Below are positions 36,359 through 51,233 of a DNA stretch of 64,000 nt, one piece after another (the stretch's first letter is position 1; each line of letters begins with the position of its first letter). The notes under the pieces are model-generated. The model was not told the DNA's origin. It searched no databases and was given only the letters and a program-made list of their open reading frames with translations. The position numbers and the translations under genes are program-made. This stretch comes from Cycas panzhihuaensis (lineage: Eukaryota; Plantae; Cycadophyta): positions 231,515,741 to 231,579,740 of the forward strand of contig CM041465.1 of the NCBI GenBank assembly GCA_023213395.1, written 5' to 3'.

Positions 36359-38399
36359 CATTTAAGTCTTTGAAAACACCTTTACGTAGCTTCTCTGGAT
36401 GCTACACACCTACAAATGGGCTTGTTTGCCTCTTTTCAATGGTTCCTTTCATGTTGAGCCCACTCTAATTAGTTCCACATAAGCTTCCAACTTTTCAAGT
36501 CGCTTTGCTTGTATTACACATTCTTCATACACAAGCAATATGCAACAATGTGGCCTTCCCTACGCTCCAAGCAATCACGTGTCGTTAGAATAGCCTTCTG
36601 TGACTTTTACATACACCCATATAGCCTCCTATGCCATAACATGGCTTCAATGCAACCTAAACATCTGCCAAGGTTTCCATATTAGTGTAAATGCTTTGTT
36701 TGATGAATGAATATTTGTTTGAACAAGCATATATGGAACACCTCGTTCCAAACACTTCAACATGGTTTTATCAATGCTTCATATGTGGTATCCACATATT
36801 TTTGGTGCAACATATGTTTGCTTGAGTGGCCCTTAAAGCTTTTGCAAACCTCACCATGGCCTCAACACTCCCTCAAGAGTTCACACGGTCCACATGCAGT
36901 TTCACTGACCAAATGCTTTATATGCAACTTTTGAAGCATCATACGGTTCACCTTGGCCTGTACATGCATCAATGTGTCTTCAAATAGTTTCAAACGACTA
37001 TTAAACCATTTGAATTACCTTTATTTTATTGAGAATGTTTAAACATTTTGGATGGGTAAATGTGGTTGCCTCTCTTTAAAGCGCATAGGTGTGGCCTCTA
37101 TGATCAACTTCCACAAGGTTCTTGCACCAAATATAGCCTCATACCTACTTCACACTTCCTTGAATTATTTCTATCTTTCAAAAACATCTTTGCAAGACTA
37201 TTTTTTCTGATTTCATCAACAAGCACCATGCTAGCATTACTAGATGTCAATACTTGAGTGCAATAAACTTCAACTTCCTCCTTCTCATCATCTTGCTTTG
37301 CCTTTTGCATGTCCTTTCTTTTGAACTAATAATTTTTTCCATATGGTCAATCTTCTTGTAGTAGTTACCTTTTCCAATGAAGTTCTTCTACTTTTCCTAA
37401 TTTTCTTCAAGCTTCTGTGTTCTTTTCTTTGTCTTTACACCTCCTTTCCTTTGCATCTTTATGACTGAGGCATGATTATGGATTCCCAAGAATGCAGTGA
37501 TGTTTTAACTTGGAATCTTTAACTAGGGATGGGAGTTTTTAGTTCATCAAAGGTCATTCTTTCCATCATGTTAATTTTTGCATGAATTGCCTAAAATGTC
37601 CCAAATGAGCCTGGCAGTCTTGACATAATGATTGCAAATAGCAGCTCATTATCAATTGCCTTCTCTTTTATCTCTTTAAGCTTGTTCTTTAAATTTGTTA
37701 TTTTATTCAGACAAGCTCTAATATTGCTTTCATTTTCGATAGTAGCATTTAATAGCTCCATCAACAAAGCAACTCTACGATTTGTTCGCTTCTTGTTGAT
37801 AAAATATTTTATGGGTTCTTCTACGAAGAGAAAAAGAGCAATAATTCGTAACACAATAGCTTCCAACATAGAACATTCCTATGTACATCATTCAACACCG
37901 AGAATAGATACAGAAGCATATGCAAGTCAATGTCCTCAATTATTTATATTATTACATCAAATTTGATCACAACATCATGATCATGTACAATATATTAACA
38001 GATGGTCATCCTACACTAGTTCTGTACTGTCCACCTGTGTTTGGATGCGTGAAATAGAATATCTTCCCCTTCTCTCCCCTTGTGTCCATTCTTATTACAT
38101 ATATATCTTTCTGAAATGATTCTTCATTACAACTTTTCCAACGACTCGACTCAACTAATCTTTTGTTAACACAAAATTCATTACTTAATACATTTAATAC
38201 TTACATTTGATACTTTTTTAACAAAATGTGTCCCAACATCTATCCCCCCTTTTTTTGATCTGAGCGTCTCACTGAGAAGACAAGAAAAAGAACTTTATGG
38301 TTGTACAGTTGGTGAGTCTAATTTTAGAACTATGGGTGAAAATCCTTCCCCTGGATTTACTATTACCTTTAATTGTAGTGGATCTAATCTTGCTTTTCA

Positions 38400-39900
38400 T
38401 CACCATTTGTAGTTTTTTGACTCACCACTTTGACACATTGCAACATTCGTTCTCAACGTCTTTTCTCCTCTTGTAATTTTGTGAACAAATCTTTGACTTG
38501 TGTCTGACTTTGATGTAGATCTTCCTCTAACCCACAAATCCTTTGCACATGTATCACCTCTTGAGCATGCATTTCTTAATTTGTCTTTCTCAATTGATTG
38601 CATTTTTCTTCCTTTTTGTGAAGTAATTCCCTTGCCTTCTTCAGATCTTTCTATAGATGGTTGTAGTTGCCTTCTTTGTGATAGTAATTTTCAGCCCATT
38701 TCAGGAATGTTGAGTCCTGTGCTTCTGCCAATGTGTAGTACTTATCCAATACATTCATCATGTAGACTTGCTTGGCCTTAAAGAATTGAAGGTTAACAGA
38801 TGATGTGGAAGCAGTGGTAGCCTGCTCCATTTGTTTTGGTGGTGTTGGTTGAATTTTTATGGCTTGATAATTGTTGACCCCTTTTCTAGTTATCATCCAA
38901 ACAACTCAAATCGTGCCACCTCACTATCCATGGTAGGACAGGCAAGTATGTTTAAGTCTTGCGTTGGAGCTTGTGAAACTTGATTTGTAGGAGTTGGTTT
39001 TGGTGCAGTATCGCTTTTTGGTTCAAGATCATTATTATCATCCTCACTCAAACTTAGGTCCGGGTAATCGATAATGTAATCTTCGTCTACATCATCTGGA
39101 TCTTCAAAATTTTTAGAAGAGACATCCATTTCTTTTACTATCACAGCTTCTCTTCTTTTTAGTTTTTCCGTCTTTCCTTCTTTCTGCACTTTAGTTCGAA
39201 TCTTCTTAGGTGTTTGTATGGAACTTCGGTGGAATGATGAAAGCTGCAATGTTGTTGGGCTTCATGCTATTTTTGGTAAATGAATTTTTTCGTAACAAAA
39301 CCCTAATAGGTAGAGGGCTAGGTTGAAACTAGATTGACCTCCTGTGACTAATTAATGAAGTGACATCTGGAGCTTTTTCGATATGAATGCTAACCAGTTG
39401 TAAACGATGCCCTTCATAAGCACTTGTAAGTCTGATGTTGTCCACTGAGGTAAGGCATTACAACGCTGCTTGCCTCGTAGCTGTGTGCACATAAGAACTA
39501 CTACCACCATCACAATTGTAGTTTTCAAATGGGTAATAGGAATACTTCGTCCATCGTGCTTAGTGTGGAATTCCTTTTTGCATATGGCCCAAATGGTTTG
39601 ATCTTTCGTGGTAGTCATTAAATTCCCCAACGTTTTTACTTCTTGTCCTTAAGTTGGGAACCTCCTCAATCTCGCAACATCCTTTGGTTCCATGCCTATG
39701 ATATTTTTGTTGATGGTTAATGTGCAGTTCATGGTGTTATACTCGTCCAACACATCTTGTAGCCGTTTAGAGTTTTTAGAAAAGATAGGAAATGAGGCTA
39801 CCTGAACCACTCTTGCATTGATTAAATTTGTTCGTAGTGGAGAAATTCGGTCCTCTAGTTTTGACCATTTATGCAAGATTGGCGAGTCTAACACTTAACA
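38400..39900 (-). pseudogene. Accessory PMD-like ORF of E with acidic/basic C-terminal region, disrupted
   Basis: TLTINKNIIGMEPKDVARLRRFPT*GQEV ... LQVLMKGIVYNWLAFISKKLQMSL; then a D/E-rich segment at 38893-39249. Confidence 0.65.
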
Positions 39901-40438
39901 TTTAATCTGTCGCCCATAGATTTCGAATGTTGTGTTTGCATCCTCATCTAAATTCCTTTCCAACTATCTTTGTGCAGACCCTGAAAATGACATGGTAGTC
40001 TAACTAAATTTAGCAAACCCTCCTTCGCTGCCAAACATTTCCCAACTTCAAATTGAATGGAATTTGAATTGCCAAACAATTTGAACTTCAAATTGAATTT
40101 GTGTTTGCGTGAGCACTGGTGAGCTGTGTTCATGTTCACTAGTGAGTAGATTATCCTTTGTGTGGATGCAAGCTTCTTCCTCTTTTCTGAATTTCCATAA
40201 TTGTCCTTGTAGGTTGATAGCGTGATCGACAATTGGCTTGTGCATGGCGTGGTTGGTGATTGATGAACGCATTTTGACTTCCTTCGATGGCGATTAACAA
40301 ATATGTTCAACTTTATAAGCTATAATATATATTTCAGTTTTTGGTTTAAGGCAATTGTTGTACTATGTTGGTTCAGTTTCTCACGGTTGTGTGAGTTGTG
40401 GTCAACCAACCATGTAGTGGACTCGACCTATATTCACT

Positions 40439-40445
<7 letters not shown>

Positions 40446-40489
<44 letters not shown>
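40446..40489. repeat. (TA)n microsatellite next to a poly-T tract in E's post-pol spacer
   Basis: Direct sequence. Confidence 0.95.
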
Positions 40490-40490
<1 letters not shown>

Positions 40491-40559
40491 ATGTATGTAT
40501 AATTTTTTTTTTTTTATATATTTTAAACTTTGATTTATTGAAAAGTGTCTCTACGATTT

Positions 40560-43500
40560 TGTATCAAGCTTATGTTGTACAACTTCAGCTTTGATCTGTT
40601 TACAAGCATTGACTAAATATCCTCATCAATTTTTGTTAATTCAATTGACCTGTTATCAAGTATTTTGTTCATGAGAAATGGCCCAAGCCATCTAATTTTG
40701 AGTTTGCTTGGTTTTATGAAGTGTTTACCATCGTATTGTAAGACCAAATCCCTCTCCCTAAATCGTTTCGTTTGAAGTGTTTTGTCATGGCACTTTTCCC
40801 TACATTGTTGTATGATATTTGTTGCCCATTGTGCCTATAATTGATTTTCATGTAAGGCCAAAAGTGCTTCACGATGGGCTTTGAGATTAGTCACATTTGG
40901 CCATTGCTCTTATACTGCTATCTTTAAACTTAGCACCACAAATTCTATGGGAAGAATTGCTTCTGTCCCATATACCAATTGAAATGGGGTATGTCTCGTA
41001 GTACTTTTGTATGTCATTCAAAAAACCCATTGCACTAAGTGTAATTGTTTTGCCTAGTTATTTCTATTTGCATTACACAATTGGTCAATATTGTTATTAT
41101 TATTTCATTCATTAATTTAGCTTGACCATTCACTCGTGAGTAATAAGGAGTGGACTTATGATGTGTAATCATGTATTCTTATGTCAGATAGTGGATCGTA
41201 TCGTTTATGAAGCATGTTTCTATATCACTTACGATTTACAAGGGACACCTAAACCTTGCAAAAATATTCTCATAGAGAAATATAGTTGTACTTCGAGCTA
41301 AATTCTCTCGAAGTGCCCTTGCTTCAACCCATTTTGTAAGGCAGTCAATAGCTACTACTATATATTTTGCCTATGCTATCCTTGCAACATGTTTGAAAGG
41401 TCTTATAAGGTTTAGGTCGGATCGTTCAAGAACACCTTGGGCTAAAGATGGTTGTAGAGGCATAAAGTCATGGTCTAAGAGTTGTCCAATTTGTTGGCAT
41501 GCATCACACTTAAAAAACATATTCTTTTGCATCCTTGAACAACTAACGCCACCAGAGCCTTGACAACAAAATTTTTTGGGCTGTGGATTTAGGTCTAACA
41601 TGGCCACCTGCAGTTCCTTCATGTGCTTCTTTAAATATTGCTTGAACTTTTTCTGACATTACACATCTTTGAAGCACGTGGTCCTTGCCTAATTTATAAG
41701 GGAGTCCTATCAATTGGCAAGGAGCGGCTTTTCAAGTTCTCTTTGTTGTTGTGAAATCATGTTAGTGGGAAATGACTCCGTCCTCAAGTATTTTGTTATA
41801 TCTTCATGGCTTGGCGGGGTTGATATTACTTGAAATATTTTCACATTAGGGAAGTCATCATTTATTTTGGTGGGTTTCTCTCCTATATGAATTTTGGACA
41901 AGTGGTCTACAATGACATGTGCATGGCTTAGCTGAACTATTACTTTAAAGCTAAATTCTTGAAGTAGTAACAATCATTGATTGATTCTTCCTTGGATGAT
42001 GGTTTATTAATCATATACAAAAGAGCTTGATGATTAACATAAAATACAGAGGAATTGGCTAATAAGTAATGACGAAACTTTTGAATCACATAAATCATTC
42101 CTAACTCTTCTCTTTCTATTGTTGAGTAATTTTTTTTGCTTTGTTTAGTTGTTTGTTGGCAAAGTAAATAGGTAAGTCAAGTTTGTAACTCCCTTTCTAG
42201 GCTAGTGTGCAACCTATCACTATTTGAGATGCATTGACATGAATTTGAAATTCTTTTGACCAATCAGGAAGGGCTAAGATCATAGCTATAATGAGTTTAT
42301 TCTTAAAATTATTGAACGCCTTCTGTTGTTTATTTTTCCATACGAAATTCACTCCTTTATGTAACAATTCTTCCAAAGGATGTGGTATTTGGGCAAAGCT
42401 CTTTATAAACCTGCGGTAATACCCAACATGTCCAAGGAATGCTTGAATTCCTGTTGCATCTATTGGTGGTGCTAGGTTCATTATTACTTTAAGTTTGTCG
42501 GGGCTTGTTTTCAAGCCTTGTGCACCCACAATATGTCCTAACAACTTCTTGTATGGAACCAAAAATTGGCACTTTTCCAAGTTCAATGATAATCTTTCTC
42601 TTTTACAGACTTCTAAATATACCTTTGGTGCTAGTAGATGATCATGGATACTTCCATAAACAGACCAATCATCTAAGAACACCTTAACCAATTTCAATGA
42701 TAGTTGGTCGAACAAGTGATTGATGATATGCTGAAATGTTGCAGAAGCATTGCAGAGTCCAAAGGACATGTAATTATATACAAAAATTCTTGTTTGTGTG
42801 ATGAATGTAGTTTTCAACTTGTTTTTTTTGCAATATTTACTTGGTTGTAATCTAAAAGCCTATCCAGAAATGAATATATCTCGTGTCTTGTGACTTTTTC
42901 TAGAATAGTGTTAGTGAAAGGTATAAGAAATGGATCCTTGGGAGTTACTGCATTTAGTTTTCAAAAATCAACACAGATTCAAAGTTTGTCATTTTTCTTA
43001 GGAACAGCCATAATTGGTGATACCGACTCGCTTGTTTCTACTTCAAATATGATGTTAGCATCCAACATCTTTTTAATTTCTATATCTACTTGCTTTGCAT
43101 ATTTGGGATTCATTTGGTAAGGTTGATGTTTCATAGGTTTGGCTCTTGGTATTAATTCAATCTTATGTTCACATAACTCTCTTGGTATTCCTTTTAAGTC
43201 TTTATAGGCCCAAGCAAACACATCCTTATATTGTAAAAATACTTTTGTGGTTGCCTCAGTTAATGTTAGATCCCATTCATTTGTCATCCTTATAGCATGT
43301 ACATCCTGCTCAGTCCCCAAATTGATTAATTGTTGTGGTGATTCATCATAGTAGATTTGTTCATTATCCTAGAAGTTGTAAGTGGATTTTTGTAGTACTG
43401 GTTGGGAAAATTGAGTTGAGTATTCGTGTTTATGCTCAGTAGTTCCACATATGCATTCTATTAGATAGACATTATTAAAATCTAATGGTTCCATATTAAT

Positions 43501-45960
43501 TAACGTGAAGGTGAAAATATTTCATATTCTTGTTGTTTCCAAAATAATCCACCATTTGATTCTCTTTCATCTTTTGAACACAGATCTAAATATAGAACAC
43601 CCTCAATAGGTTCGCATATATTATTATTATTATTATCAAATAATACATTTGATGGATGTTGATTGTCCTCAGCTTTTACATTATCATATTCATCATTATC
43701 ATCTTCCTCATCTGAGAAATTGGAATTTGTCATTTCTTCACTTATTGTATGATGATTTAAATCTATTAATAATTTTTTTCCATTTTGTTTGATTGCTAAG
43801 ATATTGCGTCCCCAATTTTGGAGCACTCGTGCAATGCGCAATGATGGTCATTCAAGAGTGCGTCATAAGCTAGAGGCATCTCGTCAATCATTGGAATGAC
43901 GACAAAATCCATGACAAATTCCTATTTCCCAATGTGAATCTTTTGTGCCATCATCATCCCTAGTGGTTCTACGCATTGCTGATTAGCCAATCTTTAGATG
44001 AAATCTAGGCAGCCATAGTGTGGGCCTACCTATTTTTTGCCAAGTTGTTATTGGTATGATATTAACTCCTGCACCCCTATCTACCACTGTGTTGTCTAGG
44101 ACATATCCTAACAATGTCATTGTAACTATTATATCTTGATATACCTTTAAAGATTGGACATGACATTCTATGTGGTTGTTGTCTACACTAGGATCGTCTT
44201 GAATGATTGCCCATATGAGGGTCTTCTGTAAAAGTTGTTAATTTTGCTATTTTATAGGGAGACTCTTTTTCCTTTGCCTTTGTTGGATCCTATTGTTGAT
44301 GGTATAAAAAATAGGTATCTATTTGTCGTACATGCTCTTCCAAGGTTCGTAGAAATGATGGATATGTTGTAGCAGTGTCAAAATCTTAATTGGTGTTCAA
44401 TCTGTAAAAAATGATCAATTAACGTGCTGAACACTTTATTGCCTTTATGTGAAATTACAATCATCTTTTGCATTTGTAGTAATTGTCGTTGTTGTGCTAT
44501 TATTGGTGTCATTCATTTTGCCTGTATATTGAGCGTATTGGGTCTTGGGCTTGTTGTAGTTGCTCCTTCTCTTTGATAGGGCTAGGATTTTCTTGTTTTT
44601 TATTTTTTCTTGTATAAACCACATATATCAAGAGTAGGTTTGACGTCAACAAAATTCATGGACTTATTTTGTTGTTGAGGGCAATGGCCATCGTCATGGT
44701 TACTGGGCCCACACCATTGACATAATGTTATAGCAGTAGCGTTTTCAAGATTTGGACAATTTTTGCTAAAATGCCCCCATAATTTGCACAAAAAGCTCTG
44801 GACAATGGGCTGTCCTTGGGAGTCTCTCGGTACTAGTCTAGCCAATCCACGCCCTCGTTCGAGGGCAGGTCTATTAGTCTTTTGTCGTGGAAAAAAAATT
44901 CTCGTTCTTGTTGTTTGCGAGCGCGTGTATTGAAACCACATTCCTTCGTATCATGATCATTCATTTTACAAATGTGATAGTACTTGAAAGCTTGGTTTTT
45001 GGGGCACTTTGACTCCATATGTCCTTTTGTTTTGCACTTAATGCACCATATCTTTTGGCATTCCTTTGGTTGTTGTTGCGTGAAGTCTTTCATCATTCTC
45101 ATCAAGTCATCTTGTAATGTGCCAATAGAAGACTCTTCTTTGTCCTCGACTTCTATAGTTTTATCTTGATGCCATGCATTTACTTTATCTTCGATTTCAA
45201 GTTTTCTCGATCAATTGCTTCTTGGTACGATGCAAGTGGAACTACTTAAAGTTTTCTTTTGTATTTTGGAAGTAACCCTTTTAAAAACTCTCTCTTCTGC
45301 AACCCATTGGTTATTTCTCTTTCTATTTTCTTGATTAGACTTTTCAACTTGGTATTATAACTTCTATCTTCTTAGTTTCTTGCTTGAGGTTGTATACTTG
45401 ATCCACCACCTCATAATCATCTCACAAAAGTTTAAATTCTTTCTCAAAGGCTTCGTGTAAATCACTCCATTTTGTGAAATGCCCTTCGTTAAATTCTTTA
45501 AACCAATCATTTGTAATGTCCCATAAAGTTGTTCAGAATTCTTGCAACCAATGATTCTTATCAGTTTTGCCATTGACGATCAATATTGTTTCACACACAT
45601 TGTAGCGTCGAGTTGGATCTTCATCTGTTTTTCCATTGAATGTTGGTAATTTTTGTTTTGTACCCTTAGGTGTCGCCATAGTGGGTATCAGTAGTGGTTT
45701 ACAGGCGATCTTATGTTTCTTAATTACAAAAGCCTTTGTTTACTGGAGTCACTCATCTGGTCCATTCATTTTTGTCTGCGCTGTTTCCCAAATAGGGCTC
45801 GCCTTTGCTTGGAGCTCATATGGTCTTCTCCTTATGTGGTGTTATTTGTCGTGGACTGTCCACACTCGTAAACTCAAATGTGCGAATGCTTCAACAATGT
45901 CTTTTAAGTCTGGGCTTGGCACATGTTGTTGCTCCCAGGTTTGCCAAACTTGTTGTGCCT
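40560..45960 (-). pseudogene. gag-pol: gag-pol of E (gag with about 4 knuckles, PR, RT, RH, INT)
   Basis: CIKCKTKGHMESKC, CQWCGPSNHDDGHC; VVDRGAGVNII; VFLDDW; FLGHVGYYRRFI; LLLQEFSFKV; heavily mutated. Confidence 0.9.
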
Positions 45961-46714
45961 GATTTACAATTGACCAATCAATTTATCTTAATGACTTGGT
46001 CTCCTATTGGCTTGACGTATGTATTCATGTGGATATTCTTAATTGTAGTTGTTGATTTGTTGCAACATCTGTATACTAGGTATGCTTAAAAATGTACGAC
46101 AATGGTTTCATTTCCTAACTAGGCATTAGGATTGAACATGGTCCAAAATGTTGGTGAGTGTCATTGGCTCTTGGACTACAATATCATCGAGATAGTATGC
46201 GATAATCCCTTGGTGTAGTAAGAAAGATTTCAATACATTAATAATCTCAAGATTTTGATTAGTAAACTACACTTGTATCAACTCTCCTAGTGATGTATAA
46301 TTTTTGTATGGATTTAGGATTATTATGGGCATCCAATTCTAATCAATATCTCACTCAATCTTCTTCTTATCTCATTCCTAGATTGGCAATAACGTCAGAT
46401 GTTGATAAAATATTTTACGAGTTCTTCTAGGAGGAGAAAGAGAACAATAATTCACAACACAATAGCATCCAACACAGAACATTCATATGTATAGCATTCA
46501 ACACTGAGAATAGGTGTGAACGCATATGCAAGCCAATGTCTTTAATTATTTATATTATTACATCAAAACTAAGTACAACATCATGATCGTGTACAATATA
46601 TTAATAGATGGTCATCACACACTAGTTCCATACCATCCAATTGTGGTTAGATGCGTAATATAGCATATTTTCCTGTGCTTCCCACCTTGTGTCCATCCTT
46701 ATTACACATGTATC

Positions 46715-49700
46715 TGAAGTGTTCCTTCTACTTGTCAGTTGACTTACTAAAGATCAAATTGGATGACCACATAATTGTGTTAGGCCCGACCTCAAACAAT
46801 CCAGGATACTCTTACTTCTAACATGGATTCTGGCCAACCTACACTCCTCATTTTTGGTCATCCTTTATCTAGACTTTATTCTGCCTATATAGAGGGATAT
46901 TGGGGCTCATTCTAGCTTATCAGAATCGATGTCTTGGCTTCCGTATTTTTGGCCTTAGGGTTGCCTTTTCTCTGGAGGGAACCTTGCCTCAAAGAGGGAA
47001 GTATTACCAGCTGTTAACTTATCATTTGTACTTCATAATTTTGTCAGTACTTTAAATTATTTAGAAATATTAACCACAAATATTTCATAATTGTCCAAAT
47101 TGCTAGCATTAGAGCTATATTTTGTGTATTTGTTCTACTTTTGCTCTCTTTTCCTTCCAAAAGATTGTGCAGGCGTGCTCCAAGTGGTATCAGAGCTTCG
47201 TTGGAAGCTATCTTGGGGAAAATTTTTGTCAGTTTGGTAAGGAAAATCAAGGGAAAAATAGCATAATTTTTTTCCTCTCCACCCTTCCCTAAATTTTCAC
47301 ATTGTGTCCCTAAACGGAGTTAAGATCCAAAAGAATCTTACAATAGAGCAAGATGGTGAATACTTAGTTGATATCAATAGGAGATATAAGTAGTCGAGTG
47401 GACAAATTGAATGATAACATAGCATCCCTCGAGGCTTCAATGGCAAGTATAACCAGGAGGTTGGACTTAATATTACCAGAGGGAGAATCTTCAGGTGTAG
47501 AAAAATCCCAAGGGCTTGAAGAAATTAGTGAAGAATTCCAAGAACAAAGGAACCAAAGGGACTACCAACAAAGGAGGCAAAGAAAGATTGATGAAGGATT
47601 TTAGGAACGTAGAAACCCAAGAGACTTTTAACAAAGGAACTAGAGGAATTGTGACTTAGACAACAGTGTCAGGGGAACAAAATTTACATTGGAGAAGTTT
47701 GACCTAGACAGGTCAAGGGACATTCGAAGCTGGATACTGTAGATAGAAACCTACTTCCAAGTATATGAATTATCCAACAAAGACAAAGTGTTGACGAATT
47801 CTCTCCACTTGTACGGGAAAGCTTTGAAATGGTTTCATGGGTGGAGAAAAGTCCATGTGGATATCTCCATCAAATCTTGGGATTCCCTAAAGGCAGGGTT
47901 AATAGACCAATACAAAGACTCATGGAATAGGGACTACTTTGCTTAGATGACTCGACTACAACAAAATGGAATGGTTCAAGCATACACGAAACAATTCTAA
48001 GCCCTTGAATGTTTAGTAAAACGATGGGGGCCACCAATATAAGAGAAGCAATCACGCTCACAAGGAATATTGAAAGCTGAAGGATTCCAAACAATTCTAA
48101 GCCATTGAAGTATTGCAAACAACACCAACCCATTTGCATCTCCAGTCATATTAAAATAGAAAAAGGATTAGACTTATCATATATGCGTCGATTATTGCGG
48201 CCTAAACAAAATTACGATCAAGAATCACTATCCCATCCCACAGATAGATGACTTATTGGACAGAATACACAAAGTAAAGTATTTCTCAAAAATTGACCTT
48301 TGATTAGGATGTTATCTGATTTGCATCAGAGCAGAAGATGTATATAAGACAATAGTCTGCACTCATGAAGGATTGTTCGAATTTAGAATCACGTCGTTTG
48401 GTCTAATTGACGCCCCGACAACCTTCTAGAGCACTATGAACACCATATTCAAACCTTTCTTATGAAAAATTGTGGTAGTTTTCTTTGATGACATCTTAAT
48501 TTACAGCTCAACATGGAAGGAGCATTTAGAGCATATTGAGTCTATTTTACAGATGCCAAAGACTAGTTAGTTTTTTGCTAACAAGAAAAAAATGCACCTT
48601 TGGGAAAACGAAGCTCAAATATCTAGGACATGTCATCACACAAGAGGGGATCATATGGACCCCAAGAAAGTTCAAGCTATCATCAACTAGCTGATCCCTA
48701 AGAATGTGACAGGAGTCTAAGCTTTTCTAAGTGCAACTGGATTTCTTTGAAAATTTATTAAAGGTTACGCCCACATTGCATTGCCTTTAAAAGATCTCAC
48801 TAAGAAAGATGTTTTTAGTTGGAACCCCATCATAGGGGATGCTTTTCAAGATCTCAAAAAGGCCATGATTACTGCCCTTGTGCTTGCAACTTCAGATTTC
48901 TCTCAACCTTTCTCTTTAGAGTGCGACCCATCAGGAACATGGATAGGGGCAATCCTCCTTAAAAATGAGCCACCAGTAGCATACGAAAGCAGGAAATTAA
49001 ATAGCAGGGAGTGACTGAAGCCCATCTATGATAAAGAGATGCTTGTAATTATGCATGTCATCCACCAATGGCGTCAATACTTGCTTGGCAATAAATTCGT
49101 GGTCAAAACGGATCACGATAGCCTCAAGTATTTTCTCAACCAAAAAATCTTTTGGATGAATACCAAAAATGGGTTAGCAAGCTTCAGACATTTGATGTTA
49201 GCATCATATACAAAAAGGGGAAGGAAAATGTTATTGCGAATGCATTATCACGGATGCCAGAGGACAATGGGGGAGAAATCTTGTTATAAGCAATGTTAGT
49301 AGCCACTCCTAGATGGACAGGCGAACTAATTCGAGACTACCAAAGCAACCCTCTCTCCTAGAAGATATTGAAGGAGATTAAGAACCAAGAAGATACTAAG
49401 TACGAGCTACAACGAGATTTAATTCTACGGAAGGGAAAAATACTTATTTAGGGTCTTCCAAGCTAAAGGAGAAGCTACTAGAGGAAGCCCATTCCGTCCC
49501 AAGTGTAGGACACATGGGATTCGATAAAACCTATCACAAGATATAGAGCTCTTTCTTTTGAAAGGGAATGAAAGGCGATGTTCTTAGATTTGTAGTAAAA
49601 TGCGACTCTTGTCAAAGGAATATAGTGAGAACACAAAAAGCCTTAGATTGCTTAAACCTTTACCAATCCCACAGCAGAAATGGGAAAAAATCTCAATGAA

Positions 49701-51233
49701 TTTCATCACAAGCTTGCCAAAGTTGGAAAGTAAAGATCTTATTTTTGTGGTTGTCGATCGGTGCACATAGTATACATATTTCAAGGGAATATAATCTACG
49801 ATCAAGGCAAGACATGTAGTAGAAATATTCATGAAAAAAATACATTGCTTGCACGGTCTTTGCAAGGTTATACTCGACAATTGCGACCCAAAGTTTACGA
49901 GTCATTTCTGGTAGGACTTGTTCAAACTAGCTGGGACGAAACTATCCATGAGCATGACGTACCCACAAATAAACAAACAAATGCTTAAAAGGATACTTGC
50001 GGAATTTCACCTTTGCTAAATGACTATTGTGGCACAAATGGCTCCATCTAGACGAATGGTGGTGTAATACCAAGTACCATACAACGACAAAGATGACTCC
50101 ATTCCAGGTGCTCTATGGTTTTGAGCCACCACCCCTTCTTACATAGACCAAGACATCACGCATACAAATGATTTGAGAATAATAGGAACAAATGGACCAG
50201 ATGCTCCAAATACTAAAAGACAATTTGAACATGGTGAGAAATCGAATGAAATAGCTAGCAGTTTGACACAGGTCAGAGAGATCCTTCTCAATAGGTGATT
50301 GGGATTTTCTAAGACTGCAACTGTACAAGCAGTTAAAGATGAGACGAACTAGTAAATAGAAGCTAGCCCCCAAACTTTTCGGACCATACTAGATCCTCGA
50401 CAAGATTGGAGAAGTAGCCTATAGGTTGGCCTTACCACAAGGAAGCATTCATGATGTTTTTCACATATCATGTCCTAAACAAAAACTCGGGGAAAAGATC
50501 ACCCCCCCAAACCACAGTTCTAGAACTGGATGAAGAAAGAAAGATCATTTTAGAACCCAAAGGAATTAAACAGATATAAGCCAAATAGTTACATTCTGGG
50601 GAAATAAGGGAGTACTTCATAAAATGGAAGACTTTAGACTTAGAAGACGCCGTATGGGAATCAGAAGAATAGGTTAGCTAGCATTTGAACTTATCCATGT
50701 TTTGAGGGCAAAACATATTTTCAGGGGGAGGGATTTGAAGCGTTCCTTCTAGTTGTCAAGCCAACTTACTAAAGATCAAATTGGATGACCACTTAAGTGT
50801 GTTAGGGTTGGCTTCAAATAGTCTAGGATAGTCTTAATTTTGGCCAACTTCTAACAGGGATTCTAGCCGACTTAAGCTATCCTTTCTGGCCGACCTACAC
50901 TCCTCATTTTTGGCCATCCTTTATCTAGACTTTATCCTGCCTGTATAAAGGGATATTGGGGCTCATTCTAGCTCATCATAACCAAAGTCTTGGTTGCTGT
51001 ATTTTTGGCCCTAGGGTTGCATTTTCTTTGGAGGGAACCTCACCTCGAAGAGGGAAGTATTATTGGGTGTTATCATTTGTACTTCATAATTTTATCAGTA
51101 CTTTCAATTATTTACAGATATTAACTACAGATATTTCACAATTCTCCAAATTGCTGGTATCAGAGCTATATTTTGTGTATTTGTTCTACTTTTGCTCTCT
51201 TTTCCTTCGAAAAGACTATGCAGGTGCGCTCTA
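46715..51233 (+). mobile_element. Ty3/gypsy chromovirus I (Reina/Tekay-like), internally deleted (late gag and protease missing)
   Basis: LTRs 46715-47182 / 50736-51233; PBS TGGTATCAGAGC 47185-47196; PPT AGGGGGAGGGA; TSD GTATC/ATATC; [30 protein letters not shown]; chromodomain EYFIKWKTLDLEDAVWE (~50610-50660). Confidence 0.92.

Noticed and set aside
40303-40533. IYIYIY repeat protein
   Set aside because: Translation of a (TA)n microsatellite
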